Numbered from the stretch's first letter, positions 29,943-38,958 are shown. The stretch is 64,000 bases of DNA from an uncultured Gammaproteobacteria bacterium (GCA_964459095.1 CAYWKL010000002.1:2858-66857); one strand, 5' to 3'. Made by a program: numbers and translations. Notes: generated from the letters alone by a model not told the origin.

Positions 29943-30548
29943 ATGCCGACCGATGCAGAAGAGAAGAAGCAAATAGAAAAATTAGCCGAGGAGAAAAAGA
30001 AAGTAGCTCCGTGGTGGCAGAGGCTAAGCCCATTAGTTTTAGGAGGCGGAGGGATAGTTGCGTTCCTTATAATAAGGAATATAATGACTGATGTTAAGAA
30101 CAGGAACACCTATGTGTTCTGGCTGATTGGTTTGCTGGTTGTTCTTTATCTGCTTGCCCAGACCCCAAAGACAAAAGAGGAGGAGATAATTACACCAAAA
30201 GAAGCTGAGCTGTTGACTGAGAGGGAATGTGAGAGAAAAAGAAGATGGGAGCAGTTCGAGCCGATGTCAACATACAAGATAGGCCCGGTGTCCAGCCTGC
30301 AGCATAGGGATGGAGGCGGAGTGTATTATGATGTATCTGTGGAGGTTGCAAGCCCCTACCACAAGCCAATGCATTATGTGGCAACAGTCATGGCCAAAGG
30401 GATAGAGAAGGGGTTTGTAACAATACAGGAGAGCATAGGCCCGATAACCGGCAGGGAAAAAATTGCAGAAAAGACACTGTTCCCTGAATGGTTCAGAAGG
30501 GCAGAGAAGTCTCCGCTGCTGGAGAAGCTTATGCTGAGGGAGAGGTGA
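29943..30548 (+). CDS. Two-TM membrane protein.
   Basis: ORF track. Confidence 0.5.
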   Translation: MPTDAEEKKQIEKLAEEKKKVAPWWQRLSPLVLGGGGIVAFLIIRNIMTDVKNRNTYVFWLIGLLVVLYLLAQTPKTKEEEIITPKEAELLTERECERKRRWEQFEPMSTYKIGPVSSLQHRDGGGVYYDVSVEVASPYHKPMHYVATVMAKGIEKGFVTIQESIGPITGREKIAEKTLFPEWFRRAEKSPLLEKLMLRER

Positions 30549-30554
30549 GGTAAG

Positions 30555-30905
30555 ATGGTTGATGAAAACACAATATGGAATTCAAAACAAAATCATCCTG
30601 AACTTGTTATCAGGGATTGCATCAACCATTTTAATCTGTCGCAAGAACAGGTGATGAAGTTAAGATTTATATTGATGAACCGCGGGATTAATAAATGGCT
30701 CTATGCGAGGTATATGTTTATAAGATTAAAGCATGAAGTTAAGAAGATGAAAAAGCAAAATCCAACAGACAAGAATATTAGCTATATCCAGGAGAAAATG
30801 CAGAATATAGCAAGGACTCCGCGTTGGGTAGAATGGGGAACCCTCATCCATAAAAAAATGTCAAATAATATCAAAGAGATACAAATCAAAGGCAAGCATT
30901 GTTAA
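30555..30905 (+). CDS. Hypothetical basic protein.
   Basis: ORF track. Confidence 0.4.
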   Translation: MVDENTIWNSKQNHPELVIRDCINHFNLSQEQVMKLRFILMNRGINKWLYARYMFIRLKHEVKKMKKQNPTDKNISYIQEKMQNIARTPRWVEWGTLIHKKMSNNIKEIQIKGKHC

Positions 30906-31315
30906 AATCCTATGGAAGTGAACTGCCTGAGCAAGGCGATGATTTTATGAAATTAAAAAACATTGTAAAGAGGATAGAAAAGGACCTAAAAAAGGATTTC
31001 AACGCCTGTATGTTCCTGCTAGCCTTTGCTGTGTTTGTGTATGGGCTGTCGATGTTCTGGAGCGGGTTTCATACATTTGATATGGCCCAGAATTTAATAT
31101 TTATAAGGGATGATGTAACTATTGACCTGCTTAAGCAGAATATAAGTTTTAGTATGGGAACTTATTTGGAAACAACAACAAAAGGGTATAAGTGGACTCT
31201 GGAAGAAACCTATATAAATGGAGTAAAGAAAATTTTACTCAGTATTAATGTGATTGTTGCATCAATGTTTGTTATTGGATATTACTTCAGAAAGATTGAG
31301 GGAGGTAAACTATGA
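30899..31315 (+). CDS. Membrane protein.
   Basis: ORF track. Confidence 0.4.
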   Translation: MLKSYGSELPEQGDDFMKLKNIVKRIEKDLKKDFNACMFLLAFAVFVYGLSMFWSGFHTFDMAQNLIFIRDDVTIDLLKQNISFSMGTYLETTTKGYKWTLEETYINGVKKILLSINVIVASMFVIGYYFRKIEGGKL

Positions 31316-32079
31316 AAACACTAATCCTAACTCCAAACAAAAATTTAGTCTGTGGTATGTACCAACTCTCAAAAGACTTGGCTAAAGAGTTTGATGGAGA
31401 TATTGGTTTTAAAGATGAAATCATCCATTATACTGAATATGACCAAGTAATCACTTTATTTTATCCTATGCACAATTTTGGAAAAGATGCGAAAAGACAT
31501 GGCGCAAAATGGATTTGTTATAATCAAGGTATTCCACCAGTAACTGAAATATATTTTCCTAATTTCTGGAGAAGAAGTTATATGCAGATTTTTACATGGC
31601 TTAACAACAGAAGCATGAAAGGTGCTGATGAATATTGGGATGTCACTGAAAGAGAGCAGAAGCCGAGATGGACTGAAAAATCAGATATGTCGGTAAACCT
31701 CCTGCATAGTGTTTTAGGAGAAGTTGAAGAACCTTACGCAATATATTTAGGGAGGACTACCGATTACAAAAATTTTGAATGGCTAACAAAAATTATGGAA
31801 GAATTTGAGATAGCTTTAGTTCATCCTGAGAATCTTCCTGATGAACATGTTCACGCTTTGCTTTCAAATGCCAAAATGTATGTTACAGCTTCTCTTTGGG
31901 AGGGGTACGGAAGACCTGTACACGAAAGTGAAAATCTTGGCGTTCCAGCAGTTTCTTATGATGTGGGTGCACATAAAAGGCATACAAAGAAAGGCATCTG
32001 CGTTCCTTTAGACATAAACAATATGAAAGCGTCAGAAGAATTATTTAAGAAAGCAGTTTTGGAAGTGTGGAGCAGATGA
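31312..32079 (+). CDS. Possible GT4-like glycosyltransferase C-terminal domain (WEGYGRPVHESENLGVPAVSYD resembles the E-x7-E motif). Weak.
   Basis: Motif resemblance only. Confidence 0.3.
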   Translation: MKTLILTPNKNLVCGMYQLSKDLAKEFDGDIGFKDEIIHYTEYDQVITLFYPMHNFGKDAKRHGAKWICYNQGIPPVTEIYFPNFWRRSYMQIFTWLNNRSMKGADEYWDVTEREQKPRWTEKSDMSVNLLHSVLGEVEEPYAIYLGRTTDYKNFEWLTKIMEEFEIALVHPENLPDEHVHALLSNAKMYVTASLWEGYGRPVHESENLGVPAVSYDVGAHKRHTKKGICVPLDINNMKASEELFKKAVLEVWSR

Positions 32080-32477
32080 AGATAAAACACATCCCTTACC
32101 TCATATATGATTCTATTAAATCGCTTGTAATGGAATTGGTGGAGCTTGCAAATTCGATAAAAAAGGCAAAGACATGGAGCTTCATATTGTACGCAACATT
32201 CTTCCTTGCAGTGTATTTCAAGCAGTATACCCTGATGAAAATTGCGCTTCCGTTAATCCTCGTGCTGTATGTTATGAGAAGGCAGAAAGAGCCTGAGTTT
32301 AATTTAGCATTAAAGAGAAGGGCATTCCTAACTAACAACGATGAGGAGATAAGGGAATATTACAAACAATATGAACGGATATGTTATTTCACATTTCCAA
32401 GAAGAGAGCCATTAAGCTACGAAGACTATAAGAAAGAAGAGATTGAGAAGCTAAAGGAGAGAAAGGTTATTCAGTAA
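32067..32477 (+). CDS. Membrane protein. Last gene of the plus-strand block.
   Basis: ORF track. Confidence 0.4.
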   Translation: MEQMKIKHIPYLIYDSIKSLVMELVELANSIKKAKTWSFILYATFFLAVYFKQYTLMKIALPLILVLYVMRRQKEPEFNLALKRRAFLTNNDEEIREYYKQYERICYFTFPRREPLSYEDYKKEEIEKLKERKVIQ

Positions 32478-32489
32478 ATATTCTTTTAA

Positions 32490-32738
32490 TCATTGTGTCA
32501 GGCCCGCTTGCAGGGTAGGCTTGTACCGGATAGGGTCAGAGCTTCTTTCAACTATGAACTCGCTGCCTTTCAGCGACCTGTTGAAGATGAATGCCAGCTC
32601 CCTTGTTGTAAGCCTTTTCCTTATCAGCTTCCTGCCATTAATCTCCTGGCACCAGTCAGACAATCCCTTATCCTCGCCTATCTTTCCCTCTAAGAATTTT
32701 CTTATCTTGTTTACATCCTCTTTGCACATGTTGCCCAC
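32490..32738 (-). CDS. Hypothetical small protein. Last gene of the minus-strand block, convergent with 32067..32477.
   Basis: ORF track. Confidence 0.4.
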   Translation of the reverse strand: MGNMCKEDVNKIRKFLEGKIGEDKGLSDWCQEINGRKLIRKRLTTRELAFIFNRSLKGSEFIVERSSDPIRYKPTLQAGLTQ

Positions 32739-32815
32739 CTCTGTTAAGTTGTATAAAGGTAAAACTTAAGATTGGGTTGCCCCTTAGTGCGTCTTAAGTT
32801 ATTATTAACTATTCT

Positions 32816-33262
32816 TCAGCATCTTATCATAAACACGTTCCAGCCAAATATACTCCAATATACTTTCCTGCATTTCTTCGGATATTCAATATAACTCAGA
32901 TTCTTATAATCATCCAATTCAGTCCATGTATCATTTTCTGGATTATAAGCGAGATGGCAGCTTCCCCTGCAAGTGATGTTCCAGTTATAACTATAATCAC
33001 ATCTTCTAATAGTGGAGTTTGAAATAAATGTGTTGTTAAACCAAAAAGATGCATTGTTAAATAAGAGTATACTATCGTTTGCACTAAAGTTGAAAAGGCT
33101 TTGATTAATTGTGCCATTATCAGAACAACCATAATCATCTAAAGCTGATGTGAATTTTGAAGCATTGCATAATGCAAAATTGTATAATGCAAAATTACTT
33201 TCTGCTATAATTAAAGGCAATGAGATTAGCATAATTATTCCCAATATTAAATATTTCATCAT
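32816..33262 (-). CDS. Secreted Cys-rich N-glycosylated protein.
   Basis: ORF track. Signal peptide and many NxS/T sequons. Confidence 0.5.
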   Translation of the reverse strand: MMKYLILGIIMLISLPLIIAESNFALYNFALCNASKFTSALDDYGCSDNGTINQSLFNFSANDSILLFNNASFWFNNTFISNSTIRRCDYSYNWNITCRGSCHLAYNPENDTWTELDDYKNLSYIEYPKKCRKVYWSIFGWNVFMIRC

Positions 33263-33357
33263 TTCGTATCCTCGTTCTTACCATAATTTTATGTATATTG
33301 CTGTTACCACTACGAGAGTGATTACACTTAATATAAGCTGAACAATCCATAAATCTT

Positions 33358-33762
33358 TCATCTTCTCACCAGTACTATTTCATCATTTTCTTTGAGCTTG
33401 TGCTTATCCAGATTATTCTTTAAACAAGTTGCACTTGAGCATTGTTTGCCTCTCTGACAATAATCACAATTTACTTCACTCACTTTCTTTATCTCATAGT
33501 CTTTGAAGGGGATTTTATAGCCTGTGCCATCACATCTTTTACAGTCTGATACATCTTCATAATAGATGGGTATCCTATTTTTATCATATGCTTTAACATG
33601 AATTAAACAATCGCATTTCTCAAGATTCCTCAATGGATAGATGTGTATTATTTGCTGTCCTTTACCCACACATTTATAACACTCAAAAAACTTTTTATGA
33701 CCTGTTCCATCACATTCTTCACACTTCTGCTTTATTGTTAGAATTAATTTTGGCTGTTTCAT
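33358..33762 (-). CDS. DnaJ-type zinc-finger (CxxCxGxG x3-4) protein.
   Basis: CEECDGTG, CYKCVGKG, CKRCDGTG motifs. Confidence 0.5.
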   Translation of the reverse strand: MKQPKLILTIKQKCEECDGTGHKKFFECYKCVGKGQQIIHIYPLRNLEKCDCLIHVKAYDKNRIPIYYEDVSDCKRCDGTGYKIPFKDYEIKKVSEVNCDYCQRGKQCSSATCLKNNLDKHKLKENDEIVLVRR

Positions 33763-34067
33763 CTTATCCTGTCACACAAGTCTTTCATAGTCATATTGAT
33801 TGTGTAATTGCCATAGTCCAAACTTAAATTCATATTTGAGCAGGATATTATTATTCTTGGCTCATACTTTATGTCTGCTGTTGTAAATTGGCTGTCATTT
33901 AGAGTTGAATTGCCCATAAAATATTGTGCGCTGTCGTTTAGAGTTGAGTTTGCTATTCTATTACTTATTTCAAGATATGAGCATCCACTTATCAAAATCA
34001 AAATTCCGATTATAATTGGGAGTTGTTTCATCTTAGTCACAAAACTTGCACGATTCATTGCTATCAA
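33759..34067 (-). CDS. Small lipoprotein or secreted protein.
   Basis: ORF track. Confidence 0.4.
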   Translation of the reverse strand: MIAMNRASFVTKMKQLPIIIGILILISGCSYLEISNRIANSTLNDSAQYFMGNSTLNDSQFTTADIKYEPRIIISCSNMNLSLDYGNYTINMTMKDLCDRIR

Positions 34068-34431
34068 TAGTCAAGTCATGCCCTTCACATTCATCGTACT
34101 TTTCCTTCTCTTTCTGGAGTTTTTTCTGTATCTTAAAATAGTAATCAACATAATTTTCAATTTTTAATATCTCCTCCGCAAGCTGCTTTCTGCCTTCTTT
34201 GATGCCTTCAGCTTTGTATTTTCTTAATTTAATTAATACATCATTAACATAAGTATCCTCGAGTTCTTCTAAATTTAATATAAAAGATAAAAGGAATATT
34301 TCTTCTTTAGTTGATTTTTTGAGTATCTTGATTATATCTTTATTTATATTTGAAATGTTTAATTGATTATTCCTAAGAATCCTTGTAACCATATTATCAG
34401 TTATTTTCTCAATAATTTCTTTGTCGTTCAT
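34033..34431 (-). CDS. Hypothetical. Paralog of 34522..34932 (shared NDKEIIEKI N-terminus and RKQxAEEI region).
   Basis: Paralogy visible in the sequence. Confidence 0.5.
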   Translation of the reverse strand: MNDKEIIEKITDNMVTRILRNNQLNISNINKDIIKILKKSTKEEIFLLSFILNLEELEDTYVNDVLIKLRKYKAEGIKEGRKQLAEEILKIENYVDYYFKIQKKLQKEKEKYDECEGHDLTIDSNESCKFCD

Positions 34432-34521
34432 CTTAATTCTCCTTTGTGCCTTAGCACTCCATTTTCAACGAAAAACCCAGCTTTGATAAGTTCTTTTCTG
34501 TTGTAATATTTTCCCAATACA

Positions 34522-34932
34522 TTAATATATCCTCTTTGCTCTTGTTTTGCACCAGCACATTGAGCCTTCGCATCTTTCGTCATGAGGATAATAATACGCT
34601 TCAAAAATGTAAGTAATTTGTTTTTCTCCTTCGCCTTCTTTAAAGAATCCTTTTTCTTTTATTTCCTCTGCAAATTGCTTTCTGCCTTGTAGTTTGGATT
34701 GTTCAACAATTTTCTTTAATTGTGCTTGTGTTATAGTTCCAGCTTCCAATAATGCTTTCTGCTTTCCTTGTTCAATACCTTTTTCAATTCCCAATACAAC
34801 TTTATCATTGATGGGGTAGCCATCTGGAATTTCAGCCATAATTTCTTTTAATATTTTCTCAATGATTTCTTTGTCGTTCAATTTACTCACCCAATATTTG
34901 CTCAAAAATACAGACTGCTTCTTCTTCGTCAT
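34522..34932 (-). CDS. Hypothetical. Paralog of 34033..34431, with a C-terminal Cys/His cluster.
   Basis: Paralogy visible in the sequence. Confidence 0.5.
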   Translation of the reverse strand: MTKKKQSVFLSKYWVSKLNDKEIIEKILKEIMAEIPDGYPINDKVVLGIEKGIEQGKQKALLEAGTITQAQLKKIVEQSKLQGRKQFAEEIKEKGFFKEGEGEKQITYIFEAYYYPHDERCEGSMCWCKTRAKRIY

Positions 34933-35004
34933 CTGTTAAATATCCGTATTCATCAATAAACTTTTCTGTAATAAGTTCAACTATTTTATTTTCTTTGTCT
35001 TGCA

Positions 35005-35292
35005 TTATATCATCTTTACATACTTCTTATACGCTTCATTTAGAGGTAATGTTTTATCCCAATGTTTTTCCCTAAATTCTTTAATTTCTTTAACTATTGT
35101 TAGCATTGAAGGTATATTTGAGCTCTTTTTGAGGATATCTTTCAGTTTCATTAATTCATTCATAGAGATATAAGGAATTGTATCTCTGTTATACCAGGCA
35201 ATAATACAGTTTTCAATTTGTTCATCTGTCAGTTTATATTTTTTCATGTGTTTCATCTTTCTCATATCCACATATTGACATAGCAATTTCAA
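35005..35292 (-). CDS. Hypothetical small protein.
   Basis: ORF track. Confidence 0.4.
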   Translation of the reverse strand: MKLLCQYVDMRKMKHMKKYKLTDEQIENCIIAWYNRDTIPYISMNELMKLKDILKKSSNIPSMLTIVKEIKEFREKHWDKTLPLNEAYKKYVKMI

Positions 35293-35402
35293 ACTTTCTT
35301 TTATAACTCATTTTTGAAAGGTCTTTATCTGTATATCCTTTTGTTTTTAATACATCATCCGCATTCATTTTGAAAACCTCATTGAACATAATGTTCCCGA
35401 TT

Positions 35403-35708
35403 TCAAGAATGTTTTAATTTAGGCGAAGCCGTCTTGAAACCGCTTTTGGTGGTGCCAAAAACCGAAGGTTTTTTAGCATCGGAATTATCGGCAGTCGCCC
35501 TATCATCATTAACTAATCTCATTATTAAATAAAGTATAAATGCAAAAGGGAGGATTCCAGAGAAAACTCCGAGTAAAACATCTTTATTTCTTGCACCTAA
35601 AAAATACCAAGATATTGCCATAAAATTAGTTATTATCATAGCAATAAATACTATTCTGAAATATAAATCTCTATATTCTTTTTGTTGTATGTACAATATA
35701 TTTGTCAT
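35403..35708 (-). CDS. Small two-TM protein. Its last ~16 codons are encoded by the 51-nt repeat copy 1.
   Basis: ORF track. Confidence 0.45.
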   Translation of the reverse strand: MTNILYIQQKEYRDLYFRIVFIAMIITNFMAISWYFLGARNKDVLLGVFSGILPFAFILYLIMRLVNDDRATADNSDAKKPSVFGTTKSGFKTASPKLKHS

Positions 35709-35745
35709 TTTTTACCTCGTTGGCGATTGCCGATAATGTATAATT

Positions 35746-36015
35746 TCACGAAGATTTGTCAACAATATCTAATAATATCTCTTTCCTTTTTATTCCACAG
35801 CCATCGCAGTACATATCATTGCCATATTGACTAAATTTTTTATGTTGACAAACTTTGGGCGAATCGGGATGAGCCGTGAAATTATTATTATGAGAAGGTT
35901 TGAGGTTCTCTTCTCTTTCTGCATTTTCATTATAGATTAAATTAATTTCCCTTGTGATGATTTTCAACGCATCACGAATTCTATTTATTTTATTTCTTAA
36001 TTGTTTATCTTCCAT
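35746..36015 (-). CDS. Small Zn-ribbon protein with an NNFTAHPDSPKVC core. Paralog of 44344..44637.
   Basis: Shared 41-nt near-identical core. Confidence 0.5.
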   Translation of the reverse strand: MEDKQLRNKINRIRDALKIITREINLIYNENAEREENLKPSHNNNFTAHPDSPKVCQHKKFSQYGNDMYCDGCGIKRKEILLDIVDKSS

Positions 36016-36086
36016 TTTGAAAACCTCAAAACTTTTGTTTAATGTATATGGTTAAAAAATCAGCGTGATATCATTTTATACAATTT

Positions 36087-36497
36087 TTATGTTTCTCCTT
36101 GATTGTTAGGATTGGTTTTGTCTATTTCATCTTTAAGCTTGTACAGCAGCAATTCAAATTCTTTGGCGGTATACCTTTTCTTAAATTCCTTGTTGTATGC
36201 TTCTTTCTGGCCGTATACATATTCCGGATTTTTTTCAATCTTTTCTATTGCTAATTTCAGGAATTCTTTCTCCGGCTCGGTAAGTGCGCTGCGGCTGTAG
36301 AAAGGATTGCTTTCTAATAACTCATCAATGTGCTTTATTTTTAGCAGGAGCCTCTCCCTTTCTGCCAGTATAAACTCCTTGGACAGGTAATCGGAGTTTA
36401 TGTAATTTCTGATTTTGTCTGTTGTGTTTTTCCCCTCCATTGCGCTGTCTATCCTGTCGATTATATCGTCTGGGATTTCGATGTGTATCATTACCAT
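36087..36497 (-). CDS. Putative ribbon-helix-helix (CopG/Arc-like) DNA-binding protein (N-terminal IHIEIPDDIIDRIDSA beta-strand) with an alpha-helical extension. First gene read out of the origin-like region.
   Basis: Motif resemblance. Confidence 0.35.
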   Translation of the reverse strand: MVMIHIEIPDDIIDRIDSAMEGKNTTDKIRNYINSDYLSKEFILAERERLLLKIKHIDELLESNPFYSRSALTEPEKEFLKLAIEKIEKNPEYVYGQKEAYNKEFKKRYTAKEFELLLYKLKDEIDKTNPNNQGET

Positions 36498-36861
36498 TTT
36501 ATATCACCAAATATAAGTAATACGAGCTTATTTATATGGTTTTCTATTTAATATTAAAACGTATGATATTTGGGTGTAATATATATAAATAGGGAATATT
36601 AGGGATATATTATATATTTCATTAATTATTTTATATATTGAAAATATGTAGTAAATTGTTGTTGTGTAATATTATTTTGTTTATTGTATATATTGAAATT
36701 ATATGATTAATATAAAAAATTTCATAGTGCCTAACCATTTTCTCACTCGTAAATTTTACATAAATTTTACCTTTAAGTTACTCATAAAAAAATTGAATAC
36801 ACCCCATCGTTTCCACTGGAATGTAGGAAAATAAATGTTTTGACGACGATAACACTCCCAT

Positions 36862-36891
36862 TTCCTATGGAAAAATAAAAAAGGGAGGGGG
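36862..36891 (+). repeat. ORB-like element 1: dyad ttcctatggaa plus 10-nt spacer plus G-string gggaggggg.
   Basis: Seen in the sequence. Resembles the archaeal origin recognition box architecture. Confidence 0.45.
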
Positions 36892-37071
36892 TCCCTGAAA
36901 TTAAAAATATATATATTTCCTATACTATCTGTTTGTATAAAATATTAAAATGTATGTTGTGTGGTTTAAAGTTATATATAATATTAAAAATATATTATAT
37001 ATTAAAAAATACCATATAGTTAGGTATTACATAATTAATATAAGATATATATATATTTTTGTTTTTTTGTA

Positions 37072-37099
37072 CCCCCCTCCAAATTGCGTTCCAGTGGAA
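37072..37099 (-). repeat. ORB-like element 2 (inverted): G-string cccccctcc plus 8-nt spacer plus dyad ttccagtggaa.
   Basis: Seen in the sequence. Inverted relative to element 1 across the AT-rich core. Confidence 0.45.
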
Positions 37100-37305
37100 A
37101 TGAACGTAGCGGTCGTTAGGCTGTACAATTTACTCACTACCCTTTAAGCTCTACTTCCACTGGAACACGAGTGAAATTTAGTATGTATTTATATACTATT
37201 AAAATCAAAAAAACACATATGTTTCCTATGGAATATTTGATATAGGAAAATATAAACAACATTCTAAACTATTAAAAATATATTATATATTATTTAATAA
37301 ACACA

Positions 37306-37920
37306 CTATTCTATCCTCTCTATCATACCATTCTTATGGTGTATGACACAACCTCTATAACTTAATATCTTCATTGGCCAATAAAAATACTGAAGATAAT
37401 CATGGCGCGAACCAAAGAATTTGTCAAACTGAAATGTTCCAGAATCCCTGTTAAACCGCGTTATACCTAACTCCCTGCAGATATTCTCGGCCACTGTTGA
37501 TGTTCTTACCTTTCTACCTAAAGGCTGCCTTAAAACCACATTCTTCCATATTCTTCCAACAAGCACCTTGTCTACGTTATGCTTAAACTCTTTTACGCTA
37601 ATTTCACCAGTCTCCGGGTCCTCAACTTTTCTATGCTCAGTTACCTGGTAAATCTTTGGAAATTCCCTGATATCCTTGAAGTCAATACCTTTGAACGGCT
37701 GCGTTGCGACTTCTTGCTTCTTAAAGTCTTCCCGCAATCCGGGAACCTCTACAGTGCCGACAATGGCTTCTACCTTTTCAATGTCCGAGTACTTAAACAC
37801 CCATAAATAACCTTTTGAATAATAGTCATATATTGGATTAACAATCGTTAACTTCATCAATGGCTCATACTCTGTTCTAAGGTATTTCAACCTTATCCCA
37901 AAATACAGTTCTGATTTCAT
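37306..37920 (-). CDS. Hypothetical 204-aa protein directly flanking the origin-like region.
   Basis: ORF track. Confidence 0.5.
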   Translation of the reverse strand: MKSELYFGIRLKYLRTEYEPLMKLTIVNPIYDYYSKGYLWVFKYSDIEKVEAIVGTVEVPGLREDFKKQEVATQPFKGIDFKDIREFPKIYQVTEHRKVEDPETGEISVKEFKHNVDKVLVGRIWKNVVLRQPLGRKVRTSTVAENICRELGITRFNRDSGTFQFDKFFGSRHDYLQYFYWPMKILSYRGCVIHHKNGMIERIE

Positions 37921-38120
37921 ATTACCTTAGAAATAAATTTCAATATTTTCCACTTTCTAATCATAATTAATGGTATAACATTCTTTGGTCCAGCGTAGCT
38001 TGGAATCACCTTTTCTTTTTTCCATCGTTGAATAATTTTCTCTATATCCCTCCTTATCAATTCATTTTCAATTTTACGTTGTTCAAACATCTCAATCACT
38101 TCCATTCTTATACAACTCAT
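37917..38120 (-). CDS. Hypothetical small protein.
   Basis: ORF track. Confidence 0.35.
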   Translation of the reverse strand: MSCIRMEVIEMFEQRKIENELIRRDIEKIIQRWKKEKVIPSYAGPKNVIPLIMIRKWKILKFISKVI

Positions 38121-38421
38121 TCAACTCAGTATGACATCCATCACACAAAGGCACAAACACATTGTATTTTGCCTTAAGCATGTTTGGCAGCGAATGGTGG
38201 GAAGTTATCTGCTTCTCAAATATCTTTCCACACCTAAAGCAAAGGTTTCCCAATATATGTATGTTTGTTCCGTTTATCTTAAAGTGAATGTGGTTTACAA
38301 GATGTTCAAGCTCTGTGGCAAAGGATTTGCGCATAACATACTCCTCGCCGTTAATCATCACTTTGTAAGTATTGATAAAATGTATATCCTTGATTTTAGG
38401 CTGCTCCATCACCCACCTCAT
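38092..38421 (-). CDS. Zn-ribbon protein (CFRCG...CDGCH).
   Basis: ORF track. Confidence 0.45.
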   Translation of the reverse strand: MRWVMEQPKIKDIHFINTYKVMINGEEYVMRKSFATELEHLVNHIHFKINGTNIHILGNLCFRCGKIFEKQITSHHSLPNMLKAKYNVFVPLCDGCHTELNELYKNGSD

Positions 38422-38585
38422 TAAACCTTCACACAGGGTTTATTTGATTTTCAATTATAATCATCATAGCTATAACTAAAAACAAAACAAACCAAATCAA
38501 TTTCATTGTCCTGTCCCCTTTTGATTTATCCCATAAGGTAGACACCATCCCAATAATGCTTACCATCAAAATCCCAAATTGTAAG

Positions 38586-38948
38586 TCACTCATTTTTCAC
38601 CTCCACATCTCTCAATGTCCATAACTTCCCCTTACCCTTATTGCCTACCTTCCTCCATCCCCACACAGAAATCTTACCGCCGGCTTTTACCCATGTCTTG
38701 GCATTATTGTTTTCTTTAATCTTAGCAACTCTTGCTGCAACATTGCCGCCATCTCCAGTAGTGGCTTGCACAATCAAAAACTCCATCCTCTCCGAATGAA
38801 CAGCCAAAATGTCTCCGAAAGAAAAGAGGTCCTGCCGGATTTTTACCCAGGGATTAAACTTCTCAACTACTGCCACCATGTAGCCGCGCTTCCTCAACTC
38901 CTTCAAGCTCAATGCAGTCGGGCTTATTCTTTTAGTTTTCTTTGTCAT
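38586..38948 (-). CDS. Possible Hjc/resolvase-like PD-(D/E)xK-fold protein (RGYMVAVVEK...DLFSFGDILAV...FLIVQATT). The catalytic E-x-K is not conserved, so this is tentative.
   Basis: Loose motif resemblance. Confidence 0.25.
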   Translation of the reverse strand: MTKKTKRISPTALSLKELRKRGYMVAVVEKFNPWVKIRQDLFSFGDILAVHSERMEFLIVQATTGDGGNVAARVAKIKENNNAKTWVKAGGKISVWGWRKVGNKGKGKLWTLRDVEVKNE

Positions 38949-38958
38949 TCTACTTTTC

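Larger units (their letters stand above)
36498..37305. other. Candidate replication origin: 800-bp AT-rich non-coding region with ORB-like elements flanking a DUE-like core of about 180 bp.
   Basis: This is the largest non-coding gap in the window. It has five TTCC(A/T)NTGGAA dyads (36811, 36862, 37089, 37155, 37223), two dyad plus G-string units in inverted orientation (36862-36891 and 37072-37099), and a near pure A/T core between them. Confidence 0.5.

Noticed and set aside
38586-38948. Hjc-type Holliday-junction resolvase call.
   Set aside because: The expected catalytic E-x-K is replaced by Q-A-T, so the fold is assigned tentatively and no function is claimed.
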